Shown: piece by piece, positions 34,070 to 46,592 of the stretch | How the letters are laid out: the number at the start of each line of letters is the position of its first letter | Numbering within the stretch: position 1 is the first letter of the stretch | NCBI GenBank assembly: GCA_003693705.1 | Contig: RBZT01000574.1 | Coordinates: 1-60,999, forward strand | Direction of reading: 5' to 3' | Source: Polymyxa betae A26-41 | Lineage: Eukaryota > Protista > Endomyxa: Phytomyxea | Length of the DNA stretch: 60,999 nucleotides | The notes under the pieces: generated by a model | Databases searched by the model: none | What the model saw: only the letters and a program-made list of their open reading frames with translations | Told to the model about the DNA's origin: nothing | Translations under genes and position numbers: made by a program

Positions 34070-36179
34070 TATCTCTCCAGTCTATACAGGCCTTATTGAT
34101 CGGGTCAATCAATGTAGCCATCGCCCGTTCTAGTTCGTCATCAATGCCATTTACTGAAATTTGCGAAGCGCCTTCGACTGATCACAGAATATTGGTCTCA
34201 ATATGCTTTTCGAATAAGCTTTCGTGTGTTGATATGTTTGCTGTCCGTGTTGTAGATGTGCTAATCGGGGGTGGCTGGTGACGATTTAATGAGCATGGTC
34301 GGAGATGTTTCTATTTGCTCGAATTTTCCCACTTTGTGGCTGTCATGTTCAACCGAGCCGTTAATGATGTCTCTGTGAATAGAGCTTGCTCTGTTATCAG
34401 TCATGGCAATTTATTGTACTACATTGACTTTGTTATCGTCATGTCTCGAGCTCCCATTTACTGCTTAGATGCAGAACTCATGGAACATATAGTACAAATG
34501 CTGATGATTCAGTTCACGAACTCACCTACGTTTTTGACCTTTAATCTTCTGGGTTAGGCAGCCAAGCTTTATATTGAACGACATTGTTTTTGTGAACTAT
34601 TATCTTTGTAAACCGTTGATTGCCGAAAACAAATAGCATCGCAAACATACCTCAGATGCATTGCCAAACTTCGCTGCGCATGCGACCTCGAATTACGATT
34701 TAGCCTGCAGAAGTCTCTCTTCTAATGATTCAAGATATTGGGTTGACAAAATTAGGAACGATTGCGGAATTCTTCAGCAATGGCGCTTGCATTGAGGTTC
34801 CTACTATCGTCTCTGGTGTGTTGATCGCTCCAGTTCAGCAACTGTCTGCTGAAATTCAGTGGTCGAAGGGAATGAAGCAATCGAGCCATGATATTGCTAA
34901 GTCGGGTCAAATCATGATCCTATTGTCGGGGTTTCCAGAAGACCTACGTCTCTGTATATTCCTGTTCTGGTGTGTCTAAAGCTCATTTTTAAACAATCGG
35001 CAATTCTACTGAGGCCGTTCGTCACGTGTTTGGATGAAGTCCAGCACCTGTTATTTTACCTGTTGGTAACAAGCTTGGTGTAGAACGTGCTTCTTTCATT
35101 TAGTGGATCTATTCCGGACAGTTAAAATTTTATACTACAAGATAAACTTAACTTCTGTTCGAGTCGCAGTAGCAATTGATTAGATGTCAAAATCCGAATT
35201 TTTGCTCAGGACTTGGAATGACTCAATAAACTAACCGATTGTATCTCGTTGAATAAGTTGCAACTCCTGCAAGATCAATTGCTAACTGAGCTTTAAGAAG
35301 TCGGCGGAAAGTGTGATTATAGAACGTTTGAGCTTAAAGCGACTACAGTTGCAACCGTCGAGTTAAACATTGACCATCCCGCACACGACCAAATCGAAAC
35401 AACATCTGCATGGCGTGCAATCCTGTGGTGAGAGAAACATGAGATAGGACGACCAGGTCACCGAGCGACTAAATTACACAAGGACTCCAGAATCGAATTG
35501 TTAGAACATTTTTTATCACGTAACCGGTGCGGAAGCGACGCGAACCCAGAGACCCTGCGAGAAGAAAGAGAAACCCTTCAATGGCGGATTGTAAAAGTCT
35601 GTTGGTATGTAGCTTTCTTTCTATCTCTCTCTTTTTTTGCCCATCTGGGTTCCCCAACCTCTGTTAGGAATTGAACAGGCATCGGGATCTGGACAATTTT
35701 TCCATTAGTAGATCATCTTCTTCTAACCTGTCCATAGCCTGGTGTAAGAATCAGCCCAAGTCCTCTTCTAACAACGTTTATTCTTGCAAGTCAGATCCAG
35801 ATGCTGGAATTAGCATTTTGCCCAGATCTCTCGAATTTATTAAGTCCGTCCGCCAAACAGCTCATCCCGATTTGACGACCAACACTTTTTTGCTATAAAA
35901 AGCGCACTTCAAACATCAAACCGGGATGAGTGTTTTTCCATCACACGAGGTATTGAACAGGCAGTCCTGTAACGACAACACTATGTGAACGTCTCTTTTC
36001 AGAACAAAGCTCATCCGCTTCAGTATCCTCTCGCAGCTTGTATTTTTAATTGCTCTCAACTGTAGAGTCTTTGTTCAACTAGGAGACCAACGACACAAAC
36101 ACCAAGAACAAACCATGAATAGCAAGGTCTCGATTCTTCGGCCGTGTTTGGAGGTCGGTCGTGTACTCCATTATACCAA

Positions 36180-36458
36180 ATGTATACTGATCTGATACCC
36201 TTGTATATTTTAGTGGTCGCCATCTTGCTGTTTCTCGTCAAGTGGTGCTGTGACTGTAAAAAGGAAGCCCGGCGAGAAGCTCTAGAAAGCCGGCGGGAAG
36301 CTCAAGAAAGCCGGCGAGAAGCTCAAGAAAACCGTCGGCTGGAGCGCCTGATCCAAGCGTTGTGGGAGCTGCGGAATCAGGAGCTGACATCATGGCCTCA
36401 GTTGCAAACCAGATTAGGTCCTGATGTGATACTTCGTTTGTTCATTGCCGAAAATTAA
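36180..36458 (+). CDS. Small single-TM protein with charged repeat, copy 1
   Basis: Hydrophobic LIPLYILVVAILLFLV, KWCCDC, (RREAxES)n 21-bp repeats; paralog at 37066. Confidence 0.5.
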   Translation: MYTDLIPLYILVVAILLFLVKWCCDCKKEARREALESRREAQESRREAQENRRLERLIQALWELRNQELTSWPQLQTRLGPDVILRLFIAEN

Positions 36459-37065
36459 ATGAAGTGAATCAGGTCTTGTAATACCCGAGGCTCCAGCTCA
36501 GGCTTCCAGCATGGAGTCTAGCAGCAACGGTACGCAGAGACCCCTCAGTTCGAACTATTAATAAAATGGCGTAAAATTACTGGACTAAGGAGGTGAATAT
36601 CGTAGTTGTGACAAAATTTGAATTCAGGTTCCTCCTTCCAGGAAAAATGCTGTCATTTTTGGAAATTTTCAAAAAACGGCATGTATTTGCTTGACATATC
36701 TGGCGAAAGTACCAATACTGAGTTAATTGATTGCCGCTCCCGGATCGCCTGGCGTGACAACTAAACTAACTAAACTCATCATTTAAAGTTACTATTCTTA
36801 CTCTCCTTACTAACTTGCGTCAAGTAAGTTATTATTGTTTACCTATTCATGCGAGCTAGCTTATTGGAAATCATTAGATCGAAATTTGCGTAAAATCTTG
36901 ATGATCATACGTAACGTAGCATTTTTAATTCAAATGTGCTCTCAATTGTCGAGTCTTTGTTCAAGTAGGAGACCAACGACACACATACCAAGAACGAATC
37001 ATGAAAAGCAAGGTCTCGATAATTCGGCCGTTTTCGGAGGTCGGTCGTGCTCTCCATTATACCAA

Positions 37066-37384
37066 ATGTATACTGATATGATACCTTTGTATATTTTAGT
37101 GGTCGCCATCTTCCTGTTTCTCGTCAAATGGTGCTACGACTGTAAAAAGGAAGCCCGGCGGGAAGTTCTAGAAAGCCGGCGGGAAGATCTAGAAAACCGT
37201 CGACAGGAGCGCCTGATCCGAGCGCTGTGGGCGCTGCGGAATCAGGATGTTATGATTCTCGAGAACTCTACAAAGGGAGACGGCTCAATATATCAAAACC
37301 TGTGTTGATCCAAGGAATCAGGAGGCGATGTCATGGTCTCAGTTGCGCGCCAGCTTAGGTCCTGATGTGATACTTCGTTTGTAG
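37066..37384 (+). CDS. Small single-TM protein, copy 2, with putative intron 37249-37321
   Basis: Near-identical to copy 1; removing the GT..AG insert restores the homologous C-terminus (SWSQLRASLGPDVILRL). Confidence 0.45.
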
Positions 37385-38954
37385 TCGAAAATGAAATGAG
37401 GTGAATCAGGTTTCGAAAGACCCGGATCAGGCTTCCAGCATGGAGTCTAGCGGCGACGGTACACACAGTACCAGACCTCTTATCGCAGGCCCACCGTCAC
37501 CAGCGCAAATCCAGATGGAGAACGTTATATCACCAATCCGTTCGAATAATTAATAAAAAAGCGTAAATTTACTGGATTAAGCTACAGTAGGAGGTGAATA
37601 TCGCGTTGTCACGTAATTTTAAAGCAGGTTGCTCTTGTTAAGACCTTTCTGGCGATGCAATTTTTACCCGTACTGACCGACGGTTTCTGCTTATATGCAT
37701 CGCCTTCCATTCCAATTCATATCCAGTCCTTTATGTACATTATAAACGCAGGACACCCTACACCATCGTATCACAATACAACTATCGAAAGCGAGAGGAC
37801 AGCCAAAATACGAACAGCAAAGACGTTGTCGAGCTAGGTACTGTAGTCTATTGGACATCATTACCGGTAGGACGAAACTTGCGTACGTAGCATTTTTAAC
37901 TCAAATGAATTGCTCTACGATTTCCGATCATCTGTAATTTGCTTCGAGTTTCGATCAGCAGTGTCGGAACATGGACTAGAGACAGACAAAGCGAAAGGTG
38001 AGCGGATTCAAAAACGCACACTGTATTGCAACAATTTTTATAATGAAAAAATCAATTCAAAAAGGCAAGCGGCTTCGCGCTAGGGTTTTAGGGTTTGTTG
38101 TGCTTGGCACGACAAGCAGTAATTTGCTTACTTCAAAAAAATCTTCGGGTTTATCTAAAACATAGAGATTACATAGTGTGCTGCATAACTGGCAGAGAGA
38201 AGCTTCAAAATTCTACGGTAGCCAGTTGACATCGCCTTTCGGAGAACTTTGAATAAACGAGGAAAATGAAAGAGAAATGGCAATTAGACGGGGCTCGCTA
38301 CATATGATTTGGTGTTGCCAGATCATTGTAGCGAAATGGAGCTGATATCCTCAACATTAGCGCTAAAGCAAAGTGATACAGCATATACAGGAGGGTCGTC
38401 AAGTTAAGATAGACGAATGCATGACGGGATTGAAGACATAACTGGTCGATTCACAAACCGAATTCAGGTGCCGCCGTCGGAAGGCGCACGATCAATGCTT
38501 CCGCCGCCAAGAGCCATCCCCGTCGCCCCATCTCGATTCTTCCAAATACTACGGAATACAAATGGTGTCTGCTTCATTTTGAAGGCGGCCTCTGCCCTTA
38601 TCTCTTTGCATGTTAGTTCCCATCTTGGTATCTCCTGCTGAATGCTCATTGTATAGCGCCTTTATAGTGTATGCGTTTTTGCAGCTATAGCCTGACGGCC
38701 ATTTGTTACTAGGGCTAAATCGTTTTACCAGATATAATTTGTTCAGCGACCGATCGCGTTCATCTCAGATGACTTGTTCTCGAACAAACGGGTTGATTGG
38801 TACAGTCATAGATGACCCCTATTTCATTTTCGAGATGAGCAATTTCGGCACGGCGATTGAGTGAGCCCCGATCTGAATCGGTGTTGTCACAGTATGGGCT
38901 GAATCGATTCAAACGACCCGCCAGTATGACCTCTCAGCGTGTGACGGGTCGGCT

Positions 38955-39590
38955 ATGCCATCGCGATCGAGATCGTCCAGATGCCGTCCGGCAGAACGAA
39001 TTTCGCGCCATCGCTTGAAAATTGAAATGAGCCTCTGGTACAGGCAAGCCGAACCAAATACGCCACCGTTGCCGATGCCAGGAGCTGCTCACGCGACCTC
39101 GATCGGATATATGATGTCGTTAAGCCCGCAAGTGGAAGGCTGTCAAAGCAGGAATTGGCATCAAAGCTTTCGGTTCCCAGCCGTAACGATGGCAACGGTC
39201 TATAACGGCGAAGACAATTTACAAGTAATTTCGTTTCTGGTATTGCTTTTGGGATTCAAATTGAAATGTTTTCAGGTTTTTCCTGCCGAGGTCTGGAGAG
39301 AAGGATTCTCATCTTGTATCCCAGACGCAGTCACGGCTCGTTTCTTGAAATCGTTCGATCTATCACAAGTTACGGCCATCGCCAACGCGTTCTCGGTTTT
39401 GATGTCTCGGCCCGATTGTCGCGTCGATGATGTCATTGAGTTCATGAATCAGCAATGCCATACCGCAGCAGAGCTAGCTGCTGTGAATACATTATTCGGA
39501 GGCGAGAGATGGAGACAGTATCTGCCTGTGGCTTCTTACATCGCAGCTGGCGTAAATCACTGGGCTAGAGTTCGAAACCAATTTGGCTAA
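38955..39590 (+). CDS. Hypothetical protein (probable intron 39225-39275)
   Basis: 211-aa ORF with an in-frame GTAATT...TTTCAG segment; no family recognised. Confidence 0.4.
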   Translation: MPSRSRSSRCRPAERISRHRLKIEMSLWYRQAEPNTPPLPMPGAAHATSIGYMMSLSPQVEGCQSRNWHQSFRFPAVTMATVYNGEDNLQVISFLVLLLGFKLKCFQVFPAEVWREGFSSCIPDAVTARFLKSFDLSQVTAIANAFSVLMSRPDCRVDDVIEFMNQQCHTAAELAAVNTLFGGERWRQYLPVASYIAAGVNHWARVRNQFG

Positions 39591-40655
39591 ACTCTAGATT
39601 TAAGCAAGATATAAATAATACATTTTGAGTTACAGAAGCAGGGTTCTTACCAGGGCCTCGTCGTTGTGGGAAAGGCATTGCAAAAGTTAGAGGCTTAAAT
39701 GCAGACAGATGCAATCAAAGAACCCATGAAGTTTGCTTAAAAGCGTTCGACTGACTTGCCATCATTTCCGATGAATCAGTATGAATAAATAAGTTCCGAC
39801 ATGGCTATCGGGGAGCAGCTGATCAGATTGAATTTGCTCGCAAGCTATTTTAGTTGCTAATTGGCCATCACTGGTCAATTCAATGTCAAAAGATTATTAT
39901 AGATATACCTTACTTTCACAAGCCATAATCGTGTTCACATTGATTTCGCAAAAAGCAACTCGTTTAACAACGTATTTTCTCACAAATCAGTAATTGCTGA
40001 AAACGATATTTTCTAACCAGTACAGAAGCGCTTGTATCGCATCGCGATGTTACGATGATCGCCGACTACATCAAGCAGTGAACAATTAAGCTGCGATCGA
40101 TAGGTACAGTATAAATAGTTAAATTTCATTATTAATTACCAGGCCTTGCATTTTTTTCGATTCATGAATGTTAAAAGACAGTAAACTTGGCTTTTATCTG
40201 TATTCGACTGCAATAATATGATGCAGTGTTATGACTCTGCATCGCTGAGCGATTCTCATTTCAAGACTTAAGCCGAAATGAGCAGCTCCTGCCTGGTCTA
40301 GGGTTCATTCGTAACTTCATTGTGAGATGGAGAAGATGTGTGAGAAGAGAACCTTGGAATGGGAAAGACACAAGAGGCCGAACGCCATGGCTACGTATGG
40401 TGATTGACTGATTGGTAACTACTATCTACCAGTTACTTCAATCATATGCAGGTAAGGGATTGTATGTAGTTGATGAGTTGCCTTACGCCATTTGGATCCA
40501 ACGAAATGTCGATATGGATCACCTATGTCACTGATGCTGCTGATCTAGTTTTCGTATCGGGGAAGCCTGAAAAATTGAGCTGTGTTGGTTTATGTTTGAT
40601 TAGTTGATGCAATCAGCGAGCACCATGGACATCAGTTGCAATCAGTGTTCGATGA

Positions 40656-41481
40656 TCACAGCCTGGCCGTTGTTTTGTCGAGTACTTTTGTTAGCATCAC
40701 ATTGAAAATGGTATCGACGTTTTCGCCCGTTTTTGAAGATGCGGTCCAATGCGGCAAATTCCAACGATTCGCCTGAGGCTTTCCTTAGCGAATATCTACA
40801 GATGCCAAAGCAAAATATTTTTTGCTGTTATGGACTTTTTCGAGACGCCGGACGTACCTGTTCCTCAGCTTCCTGGATTGGAACGGCAACCGAGTCCTTC
40901 AAATCCGATTTCAACCCAGCAATGATAGCAGTGCAAGATGGAAAACATCTTAGCATTTCATTCCTCCAATAAGATACCTAAGCGTCAAGTCGATCAATCC
41001 ATCCAATTCAGGCGAAACCTTGCCGACCTCTTTGAACGATGCTTCGCTTGTTCGATCATAAGTCAGAATTGTCACCTAGAGATCTATCAAATGACCATAA
41101 GATTCAGAGAAAGGTAATTACATTGAGGTTATCATAGAGATTCTGAATGAGTGGACGAAATCGTTCATGACCGCCACACGACCAGAAGTTAATTGTAATG
41201 AAATCGCTATAAGCAATGTCAAAACCCGAATTTCTCGTCTGGCAACAATGGCTTTACTCCTGCGCCTGGGTTTCTTTGATGTACAGCTCAGCGCCGAGCG
41301 TCGCGATATGATTCACAGGAAATTCCTCGTTCAAGATTCTACATCCGGGTCTTACAAGGGCTCTTTGATGACGCTTCTTTCATTACCGGCTGATTAAAGC
41401 TGATTTCCCAGAGCCATACGACCCGACCACTAGGACCTGGATCTGTTTTGAGCCGCTTTTCCCAGGTCGTGTCTTCAACAT
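40656..41481 (-). CDS. Atypical Rab-like small GTPase, multi-exon, absent from ORF track
   Basis: Manual splicing gives VLVVGSYGSGKS (G1), IATLGAELY (G2), INFWSCGGHERFRPL (G3), LTYDRTSEASF, AGLKSDL (G4), SSKTGENVDTIF (G5). Confidence 0.8.
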
Positions 41482-41688
41482 TCTATGACGACTACAATCG
41501 TACAGTTGGCGACCCGACCAGTTTTCTCCTCAAAAACTCATGTTGGTAATGTCAGCAATTCGTGAAATCGAAATGGTGATTTCAGCAACGTATGCTTCCA
41601 AGTCATGGTCAGTTAGGAAAGATTAGGCAATAAATATATTGATGTGGAAGGATTAGGCAATAAATATATTGATGTGAGATTAACGAAT

Positions 41689-44018
41689 TTAGATATATAG
41701 ATTGCGTCCAAGAATATCGTTTTTGATGATATCAACGAGAGCGGCTGGGTTCTCTTGCTGAGGAATGTGACCACATTCTCGAAGTCGAAGGATTCGGTAA
41801 CGCCCTTGTAGCGATCTCGAGAGTCGCTGTAATTCCGCTATCGAGGATAACTATAGGGAGTGTCATGGCAATTTTGAGACAACCGAACGCGAGCACCAAA
41901 CCTTGTCGTCACAGCCTTGAACAATCACCACTGGAATGTCGACAGCTGTTGCGTGCGAATCGATACATTGTAGCGGCTCCGCAACGTTTACCATCTCCGC
42001 TGAAATATCATGTGAATGCTCCGATATTCTGGGGGTTCAACGACATACAAAGGGCTTCGGTCCAGTTTGGTAGGGCAATACTTAGGCGATAGTCGTCGAT
42101 AATGTGTTTCGGGATACGCTGCGGATTATACCACGACCTCCTCAACGACACCTTGGAATTCAGTCAGCAACACACATATTTCCATTTGTCAGCAACCTGG
42201 CCGAGTTCTGATCGAACTAATTGCACGATCACCGATTTGCCCAATCTGGTCATGAACATCGACCTAAGCCGATTCTGAAAAAAGCACCTTGCATCAAATA
42301 TTAGCTCGAAACCTGACAAAAGACGGCAATGTTGTCATCTCCGTGTAAGATATCAGACAAAGCGAAGAGATGCGACGAGGGGCTTCTTTCGCCACCATCA
42401 TTGCTAGGGACGCTCCTAACCATCTTTTAGAATAACGACGATATGTGAAAAATAACGACGATTTGTGAAAAATAACGACGATATGTCAAAGAGAAAAAGC
42501 GGACCTGTGGAATGTCCAACAATAACACAGTTCTCTAACTGGAAATGCTCCTGTATAATGTTATTGACAGAGGTCGAGCTGTACGAAACACATACCAGCA
42601 TATGGAGTGTCAGATCAATTGAGGACCTGGGTGAATATGGATTCGTTGCCTTAGAAGAAATTTCAGCACCATAAGGGCGCGAACTCAGCCCAAATCTACA
42701 GCTAGCATCAATATCGCAACAGCGGAAACAATGAGAATGGCTACCCAGGACGATCGAAAGCCAAAACCGTAGCTGACTGCGACAGATCGTCCCAGACCTG
42801 ACGCCACGAGAAAACGCCTCCGGCAAATCCATGCAGCTACAGAAATGACTCAGCAAGGACGATTAGATAAGAGTGAGGAGGCTACAAGGCATATTGTATA
42901 AGGGCTAGTTGGATGGCGTCGAAGGCGATAATGGATTGACAATCCTTCATACTACCACCATTCGGAGTCAATCTATAAGCAACAACAACATACAGCCGAC
43001 TCACTTCCAAAAATCTGCTATCAGTCTCAAGCAGCGTTCGTGACCCTAGATTGGGGTATTCTTCCCCGCCCAAAGCCGAATAATAGTCGTCAGCAACTGT
43101 TCACCTCAGTCAGTGCAAGCGGATGACGCTACAGTTGCCACACTTACAACCGATGCTTGGTCTCGGCGCCTGAATTCGTCTTCGTCGAACCTGCAGTGAT
43201 GCTTAACGCATGAATAAAAAGGTCGTTGAATTTGTTTCACCAATGTGAAGGCGAAAAACTGGAATACGATCAGAACAATGTTCGTGATTGTCAACGGGTG
43301 GATCCTAGGCGAGCTAAAGCCAAGCTTGATAGCGAGCAGCGTTAACGACAGAACAAATACAGTTCTAGACACCTAAAACTTGGTCAACGATGAAAGCAAT
43401 CAACCAATGCGAAACGAGCAACCATTAGAGAGCGGTTTCTAGTTTGGTTCCGATAGGCGAAACATCTGAACAGAATCAAGCTACGAACTAGAGATAGGAG
43501 AAGCAGATCACAGCCCGATTCCTTAGAGACAGCTCAGAAATGTTTGCAAATGTCCAGGAGCGATCTTACTCGAATATTATAGTGCAATATATCCGATTCA
43601 AAATGCTCAAGGACAGACGTTGCAGAACGTCGTATCGGAAAAATAAAAAGCATCAGCGACAATGGGAAATCTGAATCCAAATTCAGATCGGATATGGCTG
43701 TTGACATTGTATTGAAATACCGATCAACGCCATCATTCGAGGTATGGACGACACAAACAGATACGAGGAACAGAGCATAAAAAACCTGCCAGCAGCAATT
43801 AAATCAGTTCTAGTCGAAAACCGTCCTTTAAGCATACGCGCAATGAGTCAGGCATCGACGAAGGAAAACCGACCAGCAATTGGGTCGCATCATCTGAACA
43901 GGAACCTCGCCGACGTGTTTGCCGCTATCCGCATCGCCCGAGATCGGTTGATACGACACTTCTATGCGATTATTAGCGGCACTGGTTAACCACGATTAGC
44001 TGCCATACGATGCATCAT
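41689..44018 (-). CDS. Membrane-anchored alpha/beta hydrolase with N-terminal TM domain (multi-exon; start uncertain)
   Basis: IAFDRPPFGLT-like segment, nucleophile VIVGHSTG|A, IPVVIVQGCDDK, ECGHIPQQENP; N-terminal HYNIRESGCDLLLLSLVRSLIL. Confidence 0.75.
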
Positions 44019-44243
44019 GGATTTTGACAGCAGGCGAGACTTTCGGGCGCGCCGACACCGAAACCAACTCAGAATCGCTCACGCAATGACGACAGACGAC
44101 AACGAGTGACGCATTTTTTACCTTCTGATGTCATGAGCGAAAACAACAAATTTCGGATGCTGTCGAATGGTGACGTACCTTAGATGAGCGAAGTGAAATT
44201 GGGTCCAGATACTGTCTGTAGATATTAATGTCACAAAGATATC

Positions 44244-44546
44244 ATGCAGCAGGGCGATGTCATTCGACAGACGCTGGCTAGATTATGTGCTCTAGAAGTG
44301 CTGCAGGCCTCAGTGCCATCCGAGCTGCAAGCTGACGATCGTCGTCGGCTAGCGATGGCGTTCCAGTCGGTGTCTCCAGTCCCCATGCAGCTGTCTCCGG
44401 TCGTCAGTGAAATCAAACAAAAGAAGACGGTCCGATTCCGTCTGCCAGAAGCTGAATTCGAAACTATCGACGCTGAGAAGGATCCTTTCAGACCAGGCAA
44501 GATGGCATCACAATTGCCACTTCATGGTCGTACAGCAAGAATCTGA
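44244..44546 (+). CDS. Small hypothetical protein with RVxF-like motif
   Basis: 100-aa ORF; KKTVRF resembles a PP1-docking motif; weak support. Confidence 0.35.
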   Translation: MQQGDVIRQTLARLCALEVLQASVPSELQADDRRRLAMAFQSVSPVPMQLSPVVSEIKQKKTVRFRLPEAEFETIDAEKDPFRPGKMASQLPLHGRTARI

Positions 44547-44635
44547 CCAATTATATTACATTGTTCGTCCTGACGTTGATTACATAAATATGAGCGAGAT
44601 CGTTCTTGACGATAACAGGCTTCTATACAGGTCAC

Positions 44636-45280
44636 TCATGACATCTTCCAGACGCAGCTTGATATAGCAATAACCAACATGACATCGACGAATGGAGCAA
44701 CAACAATCTGGAACCCGCTCCTATCAGGTTTTGGGATAGCCATTGCCACTGTCCTTCCAGCGAGATGGCTGTCGCCTCGATGAAAATTAAAGCATGGGCC
44801 GCCGCAATTGCAATGGGTCTGTATGGACAGAACCTCTTTGCTGCCATGCAGCAGGACGGTATACCCGCTTGGATTCGCGATCAGGTCGCAAATAGGAGCG
44901 CCACTTGGAAGATAGAGACACCAATGTTTACTCCAACGCTTGCGACAAGCGAACGCGATACGACGTTTACCATCCTGCGACCAAACTTCGCGAATCTCAG
45001 GACACAATAAATCATTGCGAATTCGAAGCTCGACAAATGCATGTCGATTGCTGTCAGAGATGAGATAGGATCCCGGCGCTTTTGTCCTGGCTTGAACCTC
45101 AAACGTAATTTGATAGGGGGCGAGGTATTCGCCAGCAAACACAAGCAGGGGTAAGTCTTGGATTTGTAGCGGACTCTGGCAGAGCGGGGTCGCAAACGAC
45201 TCGCTATCAGACACCGCCCTCCTTCGCGAGTCGAACAGCCTTCGGCGGAGACGGTGTGCGATATGGATCAGTTTCCCCAT
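44636..45280 (-). CDS. LURP-one/Tubby-C-like (scramblase-fold) protein, paralog A
   Basis: YLAPYQITFEV at the N-terminus, FQIVVAPFVDVMLVIAI at the C-terminus; clear paralog of 45972-46592. Confidence 0.6.
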   Translation of the reverse strand: MGKLIHIAHRLRRRLFDSRRRAVSDSESFATPLCQSPLQIQDLPLLVFAGEYLAPYQITFEVQARTKAPGSYLISDSNRHAFVELRIRNDLLCPEIREVWSQDGKRRIAFACRKRWSKHWCLYLPSGAPICDLIANPSGYTVLLHGSKEVLSIQTHCNCGGPCFNFHRGDSHLAGRTVAMAIPKPDRSGFQIVVAPFVDVMLVIAISSCVWKMS

Positions 45281-45971
45281 TGTAGGGCATCAGGAGCGAC
45301 GAAGATGGCGATAGAGCAACACGACTGCCGGGTCGCCCCCGTACTTCCGGACATTAGGCCGTCCGACACATCAACCTGCAACGATTATGGGCACAGCTGG
45401 AGGCCGGTTCACCAACTCCAGGCTCTGTCACAAACAGCCTACTGTTTATATAAGATCGTAACGTTAGCGAGCAGTCTAGGAATACTAAGAAGCCAGGACG
45501 GCCCCGTTTGACTCTTGAGGCCTTGGTTGGACCATGTGGATGTGGCCTCCCGCTTGACTGGCTTGCTTCTGATTTCATCACTATAGGGTGTGGTCTTCGT
45601 GCTTATTTAGTAATGTGTTAATGAGGCCTTCCGTTTCTGTTTGCCTGTTGGATCTGTCTTCTCAGGTGTTTACCATCTCTGATCCTATCAGCTCTGCTGT
45701 TGTTTGTTCACCCGTTTAGATGCCAGCTAATGCTAGCACACAATAGAGATAATGTACAGAGCAGCAATTTATGGGATACCCACATTTTAAGCACTGGTTC
45801 TAACAGATATATTTGTTTACGTTCGAACTACCAATACACTAAACGTGATTAAGAAAGTAATTTGATTTGTTCCATCCAATTTATTTTCTTATAAATAATT
45901 AGTATCTTGTTGTAAACCAGGGTTTTCTTTAAAGATAAACAATATGTGAGCAAAGAAGGGTATGTCATAAG

Positions 45972-46592
45972 TCATAACCCTTTCCAAATGCAGCTCGAAA
46001 TAACAATGATCGATAACATATCAATGAACGGGGCGATGGCCATCACGAAACCGTTTTTATCGGGCCTTGGAACGACGAGTGCTATCGTGCTGCCTGCTTT
46101 ATGGAAGCTGAAGCATGGGCCACCACACCTGCAATGGGTCTGTATGGACACCACCTCCTTATTGCCGTTAGGCAGGGCGATGTATCCAGTTGCTGTAGGG
46201 AATAACTGACAAACGACAGCACCGTTGGGTAGATGCAAGGTCCAGACTTTACTCCAACGTTTACGACAAGCGAAAGCAATGCGTCGCTTCCCATCCAGGG
46301 ACCAAATCTCTCTTATTTCAGGAGACATCATCCCATTCCTGAAACGTAGCTCGACGAACCCAGCTCGGTTGGATTCGGAGATAACGTATGACGTCCTCTT
46401 GGGCACAATCTCGAATGTAACCTGATACGGGACGATATATTCCCAGGAGAATACGATGAGTGGGTAGTCTTGGATTTCCAGGAGGCTTTGGCATAACAAG
46501 CGTATGGTCGACTCGCTTTTATGCAGCGAGAGAGTTTTCGAATTGGACAGACGCCGCCGAAGGCCATCTGCAATGTGAATTAGTCTAGCCAT
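45972..46592 (-). CDS. LURP-one/Tubby-C-like protein, paralog B
   Basis: Shares EIREIWSxDGKRRIAFACRKRWSK and SIQTHCxCGGPCF with paralog A. Confidence 0.6.
   Translation of the reverse strand: MARLIHIADGLRRRLSNSKTLSLHKSESTIRLLCQSLLEIQDYPLIVFSWEYIVPYQVTFEIVPKRTSYVISESNRAGFVELRFRNGMMSPEIREIWSLDGKRRIAFACRKRWSKVWTLHLPNGAVVCQLFPTATGYIALPNGNKEVVSIQTHCRCGGPCFSFHKAGSTIALVVPRPDKNGFVMAIAPFIDMLSIIVISSCIWKGL

Noticed and set aside
34080-35900. Possible gene or pseudogene fragments
   Set aside because: Could not build a coherent spliced product
38417-38700. Short ORFs on both strands
   Set aside because: No family recognised and too short to support
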